Shown here piece after piece: positions 1 to 11,810 of a stretch of 54,230 nucleotides of DNA. Origin of the DNA: Phoronis australis (taxonomy: Eukaryota > Animalia > Phoronida). Below the pieces are notes generated by a model. It did not search any database. It was not told the DNA's origin and was given only the letters and a program-made list of their open reading frames with translations. The number at the start of each line of letters is the position of its first letter. The first letter of the stretch is position 1. The stretch spans positions 46,577 to 100,806 of the forward strand of contig NMRA01000517.1 in the NCBI GenBank assembly GCA_002633005.1, read 5' to 3'. Both the position numbers and the translations under genes were made by a program.

Positions 1-110
1 GTCTCTTACAATCTCAAGGTTGGCCGTCCCTTACAATCTCAGGGTTAGTCGTCCCTTACGATCACAGGGTTGGCCGCCTCTTGCAGTGCAGTGGTAGTCA
101 TCCCTTACAA
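1..110. repeat. Degenerate ~25-bp tandem repeat (gtcccttacaatctcagggttggcc-like), ~4 copies
   Basis: Recurrent cttacaatctca(a/g)ggtt units. Confidence 0.6.
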
Positions 111-283
111 AACTTGCAAGTCATCGCTGAATTAATTAAAGCTGTATGTTGCAACCGATGTCATTAATTTTTAATGTAAATAGACCTGCCAGATCAATGG
201 TTAGATCTGACCGTGTTTTTTTGACATTGGTTGTCAAGCAACGGATTTATTTCAAATTATAAAAATCTTAATTATCTTTTCAG

Positions 284-427
284 CCAAAGAACACCTGTAT
301 ATCGTTGTGCACAATATAGATGGACCACTTATGAGATCTGAAAAGGTCCAGGCTGTGCTAAGTCAGCTTGCAACCATTCCCAGAGTGCATTTCATTGCTT
401 CCATTGACCATATCAATGCACCTCTTG
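284..427 (+). CDS. ORC2: ORC2 coding exon
   Basis: tttcAG acceptor, GTAAGG donor; encodes [10 protein letters not shown]...[10 protein letters not shown]. Confidence 0.93.
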
Positions 428-3400
428 GTAAGGAGAATGCTATGTGATTGCAGTTAGTATAGGCTTGGATAAGCTTCATATAGTATGGGCTTGACTACTA
501 ATGAAGATGGTGTTGGTTTGACTCAGCTTGGTCACTCAGCAGGTCAAGGTCACCAGCTTTACTAGGTTAAGTGAATCATCATTTGCACTAATTTCTTGTG
601 AGGTATGCATCTACACAAAGGTCAGTCTGTTAATGTACATACACCAATTGTTAATGTGATTGCGCTGTTTTTATTGGCTAATCTAGTTCAGACGAACGTC
701 ACATTAAATCGTAAGACAGAAGTAGTTAGTCAAAGTAGTCATGACGGATAATTCTGTCGACAACAAAAATGTCTTGTAATGATTGGGCATCAAAATCCTA
801 ATTAACATATTATGACTTCACCCCTGTTTGTTGTTGATTCCCCTTTGTTCTCAGTCATCAGGGGAGATAATTTTGATGATGAATTTGACTTTGACCTGCC
901 TGTCATGAGGGGGATTTCCAGGTTATTTTGTTTGAATACTTTTGACTTATACTGTACATATTGTGTAGTAGTTACAAATCAGTGTGAATTGGAAAATCAT
1001 TAACAGATATCGCATTTATTCAGGGTGCTGTTTATTGGATGTTCTTTCTTTGTCGTCTCTCAATGTTGGGAGTGGTTGACCAACTAAACACTTACCTTCA
1101 CCATCTCATGTGCTCCATCTATATGTAGTTCAAGTCTTGGTCTTCCACCAGCCTTACTGAGGTGTTGCCTCTTGTACTCATTTTAGTGTGGGACCAAACT
1201 CAGACCAGCCGGTTCAATTGGGTTTGGCATGACACTACAACATTCATGCCGTACAGTGAAGAGACATCGTACGAGAACTCTCTTCTCGTTCAACAGTCAG
1301 GGGCTCTAGCTCTCAGTTCACTCACGCATGTTATGAGAAGTCTGACCCCTAATGCGAAGGGTATCTTCAAGTTGTTGGTGGTGTATCAATTGGAACATAG
1401 GGATAACTCTTCATATCTAGGTAGGTGGTGTATCAGTTGTGATGTAGGGATAACGGTTCATATCTAGGTAGGTGGTGCATCTGTTCTAATTTAAGAATAA
1501 CAGTTCATAATATGTGTTAGTTGGTGTATTTTTGTGGTATAAAGATAACTCTTCGCGCATTTGTCTAGGTAGGTGGTGATATAGGGAGAACTCTTCATAT
1601 CTAGGTAATCATTTAGGTGTAGTTTGACCTTTGACCTCTCGTGCTGTCTATGAAACTAAATAATTCCTTGTCTTTGGAATGGATTGATAGTCTGAGGTCA
1701 TCAAATGTTAGAGACAAATAAATAATATGTTGAATAAATATAAACTGTACGCTCAGCAAAACAATTAAAGAAATCACTGAGAGCCTCTTGATGGCAATCC
1801 GTCATCTTGTTCACTCTGAGAATGTTCACTAAATGTCGTTGGACCAGGGTTGAAGCATTAGCTGTTCATAACATGGCTGTAAATTCTGTGAAGTTGTTAG
1901 GCTACCCCCGACTGTCTCTATTAAAGCTGGAGCTGTAAACTGCAACATGAAGACTTCTTCACTCTCCGCTTGAACCAGTTAAAGTGAATGTAAAAGATTT
2001 TCACTTTAGTCTTGTCAATAGCTTGGCCGATGCTTCAACCCTGGTCCCACAACACCTAGTGGACATTCTCAGAATGAATAAGATGGCGGATTCCTATCGA
2101 AAGGCTCTCAGTAATTTCTTTCATATTTTCCTGTGAGTATGGTTTATTTATTTTGTCTCAACCATAGCCGATTAGCTTTCATCAAATATATTGAAGCTTG
2201 CTTCTGACCCATTAGATCATGTAATCACCAATTAAATGTACATAGACCTGCCCGCTGTACTAAATGTCAGCGCATTTACCTTATTTGGCTTTTATTGTAT
2301 TTTGTAGGCATGTCATTTCAAGATCTCTATCAGAAATGTCGAGAGGCATTCTTAGTAAACAGCGATCTCACCCTTCGGGCGCAGTTAACAGAGTTCAGAG
2401 ATCATAAATTGATCCGATCACGCAAGGTACGTCTTGTTTTTCTACATTAGATGAAGAAATAGATCCACGCACAATCTTTATCTGGAAGGATGCAGTTATT
2501 CTGCGCACATATGTATAATAACATAATTATCAGGATGCATTTTGCTGTCATCTTGTTCATCCGTCTAGCACTTGCTTCTGTATCTGTGAGGGTCATTATT
2601 AAATTTGGAAGTTATGTATTCCTCTGAACCTGACAACAGATGACTACTTTCAGACAGATCCAACAGTTGCGTCACATAATGCTATTTGCATTTGTTTCTA
2701 TATTTTCCAACTGAAGTTACTTTCAGGGTCTTTATGAAATTTGGTGGATGTGTTCATATGTACCTAATTGTTGATAGCAGTTCATAAATCATTCGCGAGG
2801 GTGGCACCCTGGTCACGCAAAGCAGTATGGGTAGTATTTTGGAGTTCACTGTGGGAATATCCTACTGGCAGACGATGGGTTGTTGAATAAGCTGAATTTA
2901 TTTGATGTGCTTCTTGGGCTCAAAACATTTCTTCAGGATCTGGGCGTACAATTTAGAGCACACAAAAAGCAAAAATTAGTTGAAGGTTGGTTCCATAGTC
3001 AGAAGGGCTCGAAGTGACAACTCTTTGGTTCACATAATTATCTTTTCACACCTTTGTGAATTTATTGATTGGCAACAGATTGAAGCTTGCAATTTCTGAA
3101 ATCAGAATGCCACCTTGCTATCTAATTGAAAACTAGTCTTTCAGAAAACACGGAAGTACGGAAGTATCAAAAATGTAAATGCTAAGATTTTTAAAATGTC
3201 ACCCTCTCTTACAAAATTGCATATCTGATAACAACAATGTTTTATTTTTTATAAATAATTGTCAATGCCTGTATTTAGGCGCTGACCCTACGTAAGAAGC
3301 TACGGCTATATTCGGAATAAAGTGCTTGCGCCTATATGCAAACCAATTGAGTAAAACAATCCTTGAACCGCTATGGCGCACCTCAACATATAAAAATACG

Positions 3401-5578
3401 TAGTGCTATTTGAATCTCAGAATGCATTTCATATTTTTGGCAATGGTCACTCAGTACGCCTGGCCTACTGTGTGTGTACGTGCTTCCACAGTAGTTAACA
3501 TCCAGATTAAGCACTTATGTTTACTTTGCAGTTGGAAACTGTAGGCTTATGTTAAAATCAATTAGAACATTCCAAAATGCACCACAAAAAAGGCTTCCGC
3601 GAAAGAGCGCCTAATTCAAAACAAGAAATTTGCATGAACCGGATTTTACTGATTGAAGTGTTTTGTGTCTTTTAAGAAAAAATCTGCTGATGAAGTCAGT
3701 CTAAACTCAATCCTGTGTTTTACCCAATAAGTTAAACTTATAGAATGAATTCTAACTTTTGCATTTGTGACGATGAAAAATTTGTGTTGATTAACATTTG
3801 ATAATATTCATGCCAAGTGCTGTGGAGTGACATATTTTCACCGTTAATAGAATATTGTTCTTATATCTTGCATATGGCATTCAGTTATGCCTAGTAATCA
3901 AACAGTTATGCCTAGTAATCAAACAGTTATGCCTAGTAATCAAACAGTTATGCCTAGTAATCAAAAAGTAACTTTTTTATGAAAGAATTTCCGTCAGTGA
4001 TTTTTCAGAAAAAAAGCACTCGAGAACATCATTTGTATGGTTCCAAAATCAAACCAGGTGTTGGACGTTAAAATTAAAATGAAAGACCAAATAACACAAA
4101 GGTCAAAAAGGTCAGCTGGCATTGCTTGGAAAGTGAATAATATGAACTCAGACACTTTCTCTCAAATTTTTTATGCTCATTTAAGAAACAATTTTTGGAT
4201 GGTGGCGAAGTGCTTTTTCTATATCGCACTACATTAATTCATATCTTATTGTTGAAATTTGATGATCTTAGTATAATTTTCACCTACACATACATCTCTC
4301 TACAAGTGATAGTCAAAACGTATAACATGGCTTGAACATAACTGTCCTTTTGGTCGCTCCAGGTAGCGCACGGCCGCATGCATACTCAGTACTAAGCCTA
4401 CAGGTGCGCTGCTGCAAATCTCTCGCGAAAAACCAACATTTGCTCAGGAACATTTGCTCAAATCAAAATGGCAGCAAAAAACGAAGAGGTCCATCAAGAA
4501 GACGATGCTCAGTCTCGTGAACCTTATGACTGGCTATTACTGTGCTCCCTTGTAGCAATTTTAGTAATTTGATGGCCATTTTTGGCATCAGCCTTGGAGT
4601 CTCTTACTGCTACATCATTTGAAAGATAGGCATGAAATTGTGAGTTATGTGTCGTAAACTCTATTTTACATTTCCGCTAGTTGCTCACCTGAGTGCTTGG
4701 AAATGTTTTGACAACTAAGCACCTTGCATATCTTTGCTACGTTGTGTGCATGTATATCTTTGTGTGCATGTCAAAATTCTGCAATGTTCTTGTCTGTTCT
4801 CAAGCGAGAGGCGAAACAAAAGTTTGACTCACTTGTTGTAGCATCTTTAGAGCCACATATAGCGTCATCTTTGGTCATTTTGTTTCATGTTTTGCAATGT
4901 AAACTTTTCGTTTTTTTTAAGGCAGTAAATTAACATTTACACATTATTAAATAAAATCCCTCGACCGAATTCATGGCTATCATCTGGCCGATTTAACTAG
5001 TGTGTTGTTCACACTGTATGAATACAAGACAGCAAGGTAAACAAAAGTCAGCGACAGCAGAAAGATGCACTCCAAAAAGGAGCAACCACAATTTTCTGGG
5101 ATTCACATTTCTTAAACGTGAATTTCAAGCACCGATTTGTCTCTACAACAGACCACATTTACACTTCCTCCATCAGTCATGCCAGTTTGTTTGTGTAAAG
5201 CGCTGCCTGTTGAGAATTCGGCCAGCCAATCAGAAATGCCGCTGTAAAAAAATTTCCGGATGGTGATACCTGCATGCTGGTTAACACCTAGCGGCACATA
5301 GGGAACCAGTGAGTGTGGCACTTTTAAGTGACAAAAGTGGTTATGAATTCAATGTTTGCATCGAAATGTTGCATAATTATGTAATGTTTATTTTAATTGA
5401 AATCCAGTTTTGTGAAAGTTGTTTGTGTGATTCTCATTACTCTTCAGTAAGTTATGAACCAGTTTATCAGGGGAGGTAACTTTAAACTTTTCAGGGTCTA
5501 GATGGTGTAGAACATCTGTTCATCCCTTTAGAACCTGCCACCTTGGACGAGTTCATTACCCATCAAGGGGAGCTTTGA
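284..5578 (+). CDS. ORC2: Origin recognition complex subunit 2, 3' part; join(284..427,1187..1420,2308..2426,5495..5578); 5' exons lie outside the window
   Basis: Spliced translation [20 protein letters not shown]...[14 protein letters not shown]...[30 protein letters not shown]...[11 protein letters not shown]...[26 protein letters not shown]...[11 protein letters not shown] matches the conserved metazoan ORC2 C-terminus. All introns are GT-AG with consistent phases; stop TGA at 5576-5578. Confidence 0.96.
1187..1420 (+). CDS. ORC2: ORC2 coding exon
   Basis: ttttAG acceptor, GTAGGT donor; encodes [15 protein letters not shown]...[10 protein letters not shown]...RDNSSYL. Confidence 0.95.
1735..2152. 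mobile_element. Old MITE-like element with ~125-bp imperfect inverted termini in an ORC2 intron
   Basis: 1735-1860 (aaagaaatcactgagagcc...ggaccagggttgaagcat) is the diverged reverse complement of 2030-2152 (atgcttcaaccctggtcc...ggctctcagtaatttcttt). Confidence 0.7.
2308..2426 (+). CDS. ORC2: ORC2 coding exon
   Basis: ttgtAG acceptor, GTACGT donor; encodes [39 protein letters not shown]. Confidence 0.95.
3882..3965. repeat. 21-bp tandem repeat cagttatgcctagtaatcaaa x4
   Basis: Four direct copies. Confidence 0.9.
5495..5578 (+). CDS. ORC2: ORC2 terminal coding exon
   Basis: tttcAG acceptor; encodes [27 protein letters not shown]. Confidence 0.92.
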   Translation, partial: GLDGVEHLFIPLEPATLDEFITHQGEL

Positions 5579-6399
5579 AGACAAAGGGTCTTTTGTTCGT
5601 CTCTTTAGAAGCTACCCCATTGGACGAGTTCTTCACTCATCAAGGGCCTCTTTGAAGACACAGGGTGATGTGTGCGATAGAGAAGTTATTGGGAATGTTT
5701 CTTGCATCTGAATTAAAGTCACAAACTGCTGGGTATGTGTCATTTGACTGACATGGAAATTTTCACTAGTACAAGACGTGCTTTTCTCAACTTCTCCCCC
5801 CTCCCCCCTGATCCCAGAAGCTTGCACTGATTTTGATTTTTCAGTTTTGGTGTTACCTGTCAAACTGCAAGTTGGTTCATGTTCATCTGCAAAGTCATGT
5901 GGTAAAAGTAAAACACTTCTTTTCAAACAATGATTTGTCTATTTGTCTTTTGTCGAAAAAGTACACAATCAGTTTGACAGCGGTAAAAACACATTCCAAA
6001 TGAGATGAAACACATTGGAGGAGTAAGGAGAATAAACACTGCTGTGCGAGATGAGTAAAACATTTTCACAGATGTTGAGCTTGGGTGGCTTTACATTCCC
6101 CTCCCAACTTTCATAAATAGTTTGACCTTTATGTCAGCCTTTGAGCGATTTTAAGCCTTATCCTAAAATTTTTCTTGAAAAGCTCAATACGTTTCCCTAG
6201 CTTCAACTGATTAGCCCATTGATTTCCTCAAACACTTCCAAATGATCTGGTCAGTTGGCATACCACTACACTGAACTGGCTTTCCTGAATAGTCAAATAT
6301 GCTTTGAAAGCATAACAACCTGATAATACTGCTAATATTTGGGGTTTGACTTTTTACTAATTTTGGACATTATGGCTGAACTAAAATGCATGCCTTTTA

Positions 6400-6495
6400 A
6401 AGGTCACTCGAAGATAAGGCCATACCTGAAGGTCACTCGCAGATAAGGCGATACCTGAAGGTCACTCGCAGATAAGTCGATACATGAAGGTCACA
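6400..6495. repeat. 29-bp tandem repeat aaggtcactcgcagataaggcgatacctg x3
   Basis: Three near-identical copies. Confidence 0.85.
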
Positions 6496-6660
6496 TAGTC
6501 AACAGTACAGGGCAGTGTATGGTCACTGGACCTCCCAAATTTTTGTGAATACAACAGTGAAAACTCCTTCATGCTCGACAAAATATATTTGATGGAAAAA
6601 CTGTATGTTTTTTATCATATTTCACTGAACTGTTGCTGTCATATATACAAAGCTGTATTG

Positions 6661-6945
6661 CAGTGGCGGATCTAAGATACCATAAGTGGGGGGGCAACAT
6701 GTTGCCTCAGGGAATTAGGCAAAACGCGATTGTATGTGCACACAGGTGGGGGGGCTGGGGATGTGGATCTCCTGTTCGGAAAAATCTATGGGTGGATTAT
6801 AAAAAAAGGACGCGCACACGATCTCTCCGCGTTCTGGGGTCTGAGCCCCCTCATCCGCTACCGGTCTCAGTTATTGAACTCAATATTTCCTCATGCTTCA
6901 TTTTGCTTCGGGCAGCCAGGAGGGGGGGGGGGCTAAATCCGCCTG
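6661..6945. mobile_element. Non-autonomous DNA transposon fragment with CAGTGGCGGATC-type terminus
   Basis: Left cagtggcggatcta and right taaatccgcctg are inverted partners, with G-rich subterminal runs; no clear TSD. Confidence 0.5.
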
Positions 6946-7627
6946 GACCGAGCCTTTGAAACCATTCGTTGTGGAATGCCGAATTACCAGTGCATTGACA
7001 CGCCAGTGATTCTGTCGATTCAAACTGACGCCGCGCCGGGTGCTGCAGTTGCTCGCATAGAATATTCTGCGACAAGTTTAGGTCACCAAGCCAGCCCAAG
7101 TTTTAATAGAAAAAGTATTTCCGCGTAGTTTGACTGCATTTGATGGTTTGTTATAGTGTCCTCTTGTGATCTTATGTTACATATCTTGCTCGACGCTACG
7201 GTCCCTAGCTGGTCACTCTGACATCGTCACGTTCATTGTTAATTCAAATTCTGAAACTCTAATGTAGTAAAAGAATGGAGATTAGTTTCACAATTTTCTT
7301 GCTTGTCCACATATACTCAGATAAGACATAAGACTATGTATACACTGTTGATTATGCAGGCGTGTATTGTGAAGTCTACTATGCTCTTTTATCAGCGACA
7401 GTCACTTTAATGTTAACCGGCCAAAAGCAGCAATAGAAAATCTTAGACATGCGCGCGCCCAGGGGGGCTTGAACGAGCTCCCCCCCTCCCAGTTGGCGAA
7501 GTGGGCAAAAAGGTCTGCCTCAGAGGAACAAAACCTCTGAGGAAACGAGACAAAAGTCCTCAGGAATTTGGCGCGAATGCACAATTCATAGGTCTGAACA
7601 TAGTATCCCGGTCTTTTTCAGTCCCCG

Positions 7628-7790
7628 TTTTTTATGCGCCCTCATATTATGTGGACGCATTAAGCCGTCATCTCCGTCCGTCCGTCCGGCGTCCGCTGTT
7701 CTATCTCCAAAACCCCTTGACGTATGATCATGAAATTTTGCACATTTGTTCCATCATTACGAGATAATGTCATGATTGTTTACTCAGTGA
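7628..7790 (+). mobile_element. Truncated 5' part of HINE element
   Basis: Same head as 8017 and 52810 (ttttatgcgccc...atgtggacgcatt...gccgtcatctccgtccgtcc). Confidence 0.75.
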
Positions 7791-8063
7791 TGACTTTGTT
7801 AGCGTACGTAGCATAATAAATTGATAATGAATTCAAAAGTCGTCTCGTTCATATCCAGCAAAGGGCTTAGTCTGCCACAAACACTTCCTCGTATGACGTG
7901 ATCGATTTCCAGTAAAGGAACTAATTATTGATCGAAATTATCGCCCGGGGCCATTGGAGGCAGTGAAGATTATAATATAATCAACCAGGCTTAGAAGTGA
8001 TGGTAGTAGATTTACATTTTATGCGCCCACATATTTATATGTGGACGCATTATGCCGTCATCT

Positions 8064-8175
8064 CCGTCCGTCCAGGCGGCGTCCGTCCGGGCGGCGTCCG
8101 TCCGGGCGGCGTCCGTCCGGGCGGCGTCCGTCCGGGCGGCGTCCGTCCGGGCGGCGTCCGTCCGGGCGGCGTCCG
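8064..8175. repeat. 15-bp GC-rich repeat (gtccgtccgggcggc)n inside HINE
   Basis: About 7 copies; source of the spurious RPGGV/RRPSG ORFs. Confidence 0.9.
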
Positions 8176-8226
8176 ACCACCAGTGTGCCCCCTAGTGGCA
8201 ATTTTAGGTTTTACGCTTACCTCTTT

Positions 8227-8889
8227 AGGGGGCACAGAACAGTTCTCACAGGGGTTTGCGTGTCAGAACACACGTCAATGCACTCTTCACCCTTTCTTCA
8301 CTTTGTCCAAAACTACATGCAAATAAGGAAATGTTTTGAGTCATTTCACATCACAAGCCCTACAGATGAGCACAGAAACTTTATTCTCTCTTGTATTTTT
8401 GACCCATTCACTCCCAGTGAAAACCAAGCCGAACTAAGAAAAATGAGGGCAAAAAAATGCAAAATCGGCACTTTTCACCCCAAAATCACCACTTTCCTGC
8501 CGATGCACGACTAAAGCCAACATTAGATTCCGAAAGCAAATTTCCTACCGATTCCAAAAATGTGGTCCAAAAGTACTGTCAACCAACTAGTTTTTTTGCA
8601 AATCTGGCTTGTTTGAGGGCTACCTGAAATCGCGGCCAATTTCTCAGTTGCTACACAGCAATGCACAACTGCAACAGGGGGCCACCATCTTGAAGAAGAG
8701 TGCAGCTACAGCCGAGAAACTGGCCTTTTTTCATTCCCAGCATGTTCACAAATACAACAAAAAAACATTCACTTGGCCTACACACAATACCTAATTGAAA
8801 AATGCCCCCAAGCCTGGCCTAGCCCTAGATTTTAACATTTTGGGAGTGCAAATTGACCGCGGCCACAACCTAACTATTCAGTGCCACCT
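8227..8889. mobile_element. Non-autonomous DNA transposon (Kolobok-like termini) nested in HINE
   Basis: TIRs agggggcacagaacagtt / aactattcagtgccacct; absent at the homologous site of the 52810 HINE (ctctgtatcttcaaaagtcc); relative at 48065-48689. Confidence 0.7.
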
Positions 8890-10118
8890 TATTTTCAAAA
8901 GTCCTGAACGAATTTTCATGAAATTTGGAATGTAGGCACCTATTAGTAAGATGACGCTATCCTCCCATTTTCAGATGGATTCGACGTACTTTGCGCCACC
9001 TAGTGGCCATTTTTACTGTTTTCGAGTCTGTTTTTGCGTCCACCCCTCTATCAAGCAAACCACTCAAGGGATGATTGTGAAAATTGGCATGTATGTGCTT
9101 ACTATAAAGAGGACGGTTGACGATGATTTTCCGACGATTTCGACTACTGTGGCGCCTCCTAGTGGCAGTTTTGTTTTTGTTGCGCCTATGGCTGTATCTC
9201 CTAAACCGTTCGCAGGATCTTTACTTAATTTAGCAAGTGTATTTATATATGATGTTGACTACGGATGACGACGACTTTCGGACAGATCTGACTACTGCTG
9301 TGCCCCCTAGTGGCAATTTTAGTTTTTTTACGTTTAACTCAGTATCTTCAAAGGTTCTGAACAGATTTTCATAAAATTTTTACAGGCACCCATTGGTGTG
9401 ATGACGCTATCTTCCTGTTCTTGGTATTTTGTTCCACCTAGTGGCCATTTTTGCTGTTTTCAAATCTTGTTTTTGGTGTCCACCCCTGTATCAACCAAAT
9501 CATTTGAAAATTGGCATATATGTTCTCGATGTGAAGACGACCTTTGATGATGGTGACTGACTACTGTGATGCCTCCTAGTGGTAGTTTTGTTTTGCGCCC
9601 ATAGTTGTATCTCTTAAATCCACTGCAGGATCTTTAATAAATTTAGTAAGTGTATTTATATGAAGATAGCAACAGACGACTACGACTTTCAGGCGGATCC
9701 AACGGACACTGTGGCCACTAGTGGCAATTTCATTTTATTCCCTTTTCCTTTGTTTCTCTGAAGTTCCTTGACAGATTTTTATGAAATATGGCATGTTCCC
9801 ATTTTTGGATGGATTGTATGTTTTTGCGCCATCTAGTGGCCATTTTTATGATACAAATAAATAACCCTAAAAGCACACCATTTGCGATGCATTCGTGGGC
9901 GCATTTCAACGTTCCGCGCGGTGCTCTTGTAAGGTATACCTGTCGATGGGAGGCCTTTTGACGACAGCCGCTCGGTCACCTCTGATTAAGTCGTCAAAAC
10001 TACACGTGAGAAATCTCAATTTTAAGTTTAATTCTCATAATTTTACTAATCATTAACTTACAACTCTACGCAGTCATAGCCCTCGAATGCCAACTCTCGC
10101 ACGTGACCTATGTATTCT

Positions 10119-10257
10119 CATGGGCGGCGCACCATAGGGCCCGGTGCTGAGGGTGCTGTAGTCCCCCACTTTTTCAGTGCTCCGGCGCCCATGGTCTATG
10201 GATGGTGCACCACTGGGGGGGTATAGCCCCACTTTTTTCAGTGCTGCGCCGCCCATG
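10119..10257. mobile_element. Small MITE with CATG termini and 5-bp TSD
   Basis: TIR catgggcggcgca / tgcgccgcccatg flanked by attct on both sides; relative at 24548-24680. Confidence 0.75.
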
Positions 10258-11810
10258 ATTCTGTTATTAGACCCCGAGACTAGCCGCGTGAGTTCGCACT
10301 GAAAAATTTCGTTCGCCTGCTCAACTGAGTTTTGGTCGAGGGTTGTAGTCATCAAATCAATACTAATTTCATTGCTTCATTTTCATTTTGTTATTATTGT
10401 TCATCAAGCGAGACTCTGAGGAAGGTATGGTTCTAGATGTGCCATCTCCCGTTCGGCAAAAAAACGCTGCCGATGCGTCTTTTTGTGTTGCAGGGAGCTG
10501 ATTTCACCCGTACGTTTTGATTTGACCCAGATGTCGATCCTGCTTTTTATCCTGAAGTCCCGCTTTTCAATCCAGTTGTTCCGTTTTTTCTTTATTGAAT
10601 GTTGACCGTGTTCGAAATAGCTGCATTGCCTCTTTTTATGAATATTGTTATTTTCCATTGTCCACTCTCTTCAGTAACATAATAATCGTAAAAATGTGTT
10701 CCAATGTCTTGTGTTTACTTAAACATACACTCCATGAATCAGAATTACTAACTTTTGCTTTATGTAGATTTTATTTCTAATCTTTTGTGGAAAGTCCTAG
10801 ACTGCAACCAGTGTTATGAGCTTTCCACATCCAGTACAGTTCAAAGCTTACCTATGGCAATTGTTAGCCTCGGTTTATCTGCAAATTTCTTACAGATTCT
10901 TAAAGTAGTTTATCTCATCTTTCGTATGTGTCGCTGCATTTTGAATTTTTGCTTAAAAACGTAATTGTATGAAACGGCACCAAATGTCCAATTAATTATA
11001 ATATATGAAAATGTATAATATATATTTTGAATGAATGGCAAAATTATCCACAACAAGTGTGAGGGATCCATATTCTTTATAGCGTAGAACATTTTGAAAT
11101 TATTTCCTAATGGCTTATCTAGTCATTTTTATAATCTCTTTTTATGTTACTAATACACTTTGTAATTTTTCTCATTTTGGTAACGCCCTTGGATTTTAAC
11201 AAATTAAGCCAGGTATGCGAAATGACAATCTCTTACGAATTAAATTATTTATCTTATGCTTCTGGTATAATCATCAAGAAATGTCAAAGGCCTTTCTAAT
11301 GACATGACACTTGTGTAAATCGGTTAAAAAAACGGCGGAGTTGCGAGAAGTTTTAACGGCAATAAATTCCGTATCAAGTACAACACTGCGTGTAGTGTTG
11401 ATTATAACGTACGTGGGTAAAGTGTACAAGTATCAAGAGATAATAAATTTATTTGAAAGTTATTCTGGCATAACATTGAAACTTCAAGCGCTTAATAATT
11501 GTCCCAGTACAGATTTCCTTTCAAAATCTCCGTCACTTGCAATACCATAGTTAGCCTATGATCCGTGTGCATTTAGAGGCAACAAAGCCGACTGTTACTG
11601 CGCACTGTAAAACTCCTGAGTGAGAGGATGTCCCTGGACTGTATGGAAATTAACCCCGTGAAAAATTTTTTAGGGTGCAGTCTGTCGACTTTAGGAAAGC
11701 CGAACAAAGTATCTCTACGACGGAAAACATTCCGCTCAAATCTTGGGCTGCCTGAAACTCGGGCTACCGTGGCGCCTTCGACCTGGTGCTATGGCCGGTG
11801 CACACGTTTT

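Larger units (their letters stand above)
8017..9930 (+). mobile_element. HINE (Helentron-associated, DINE-1-like) non-autonomous element, full length, with nested insertion
   Basis: 5' subTIR atgcgcccac with a local inverted partner atgtggacgcat, GTCC-type microsatellite (8064-8175), ~140-bp internal tandem units, 3' subTIR gtgggcgcat (9895-9904), ctcttgt end; homologous to 52810-53776. Confidence 0.8.

Noticed and set aside
7997-8514. ORFs with RPGGV / RRPSG / TPPGR repeats
   Set aside because: Translations of the HINE 15-bp microsatellite in several frames; no gene structure.
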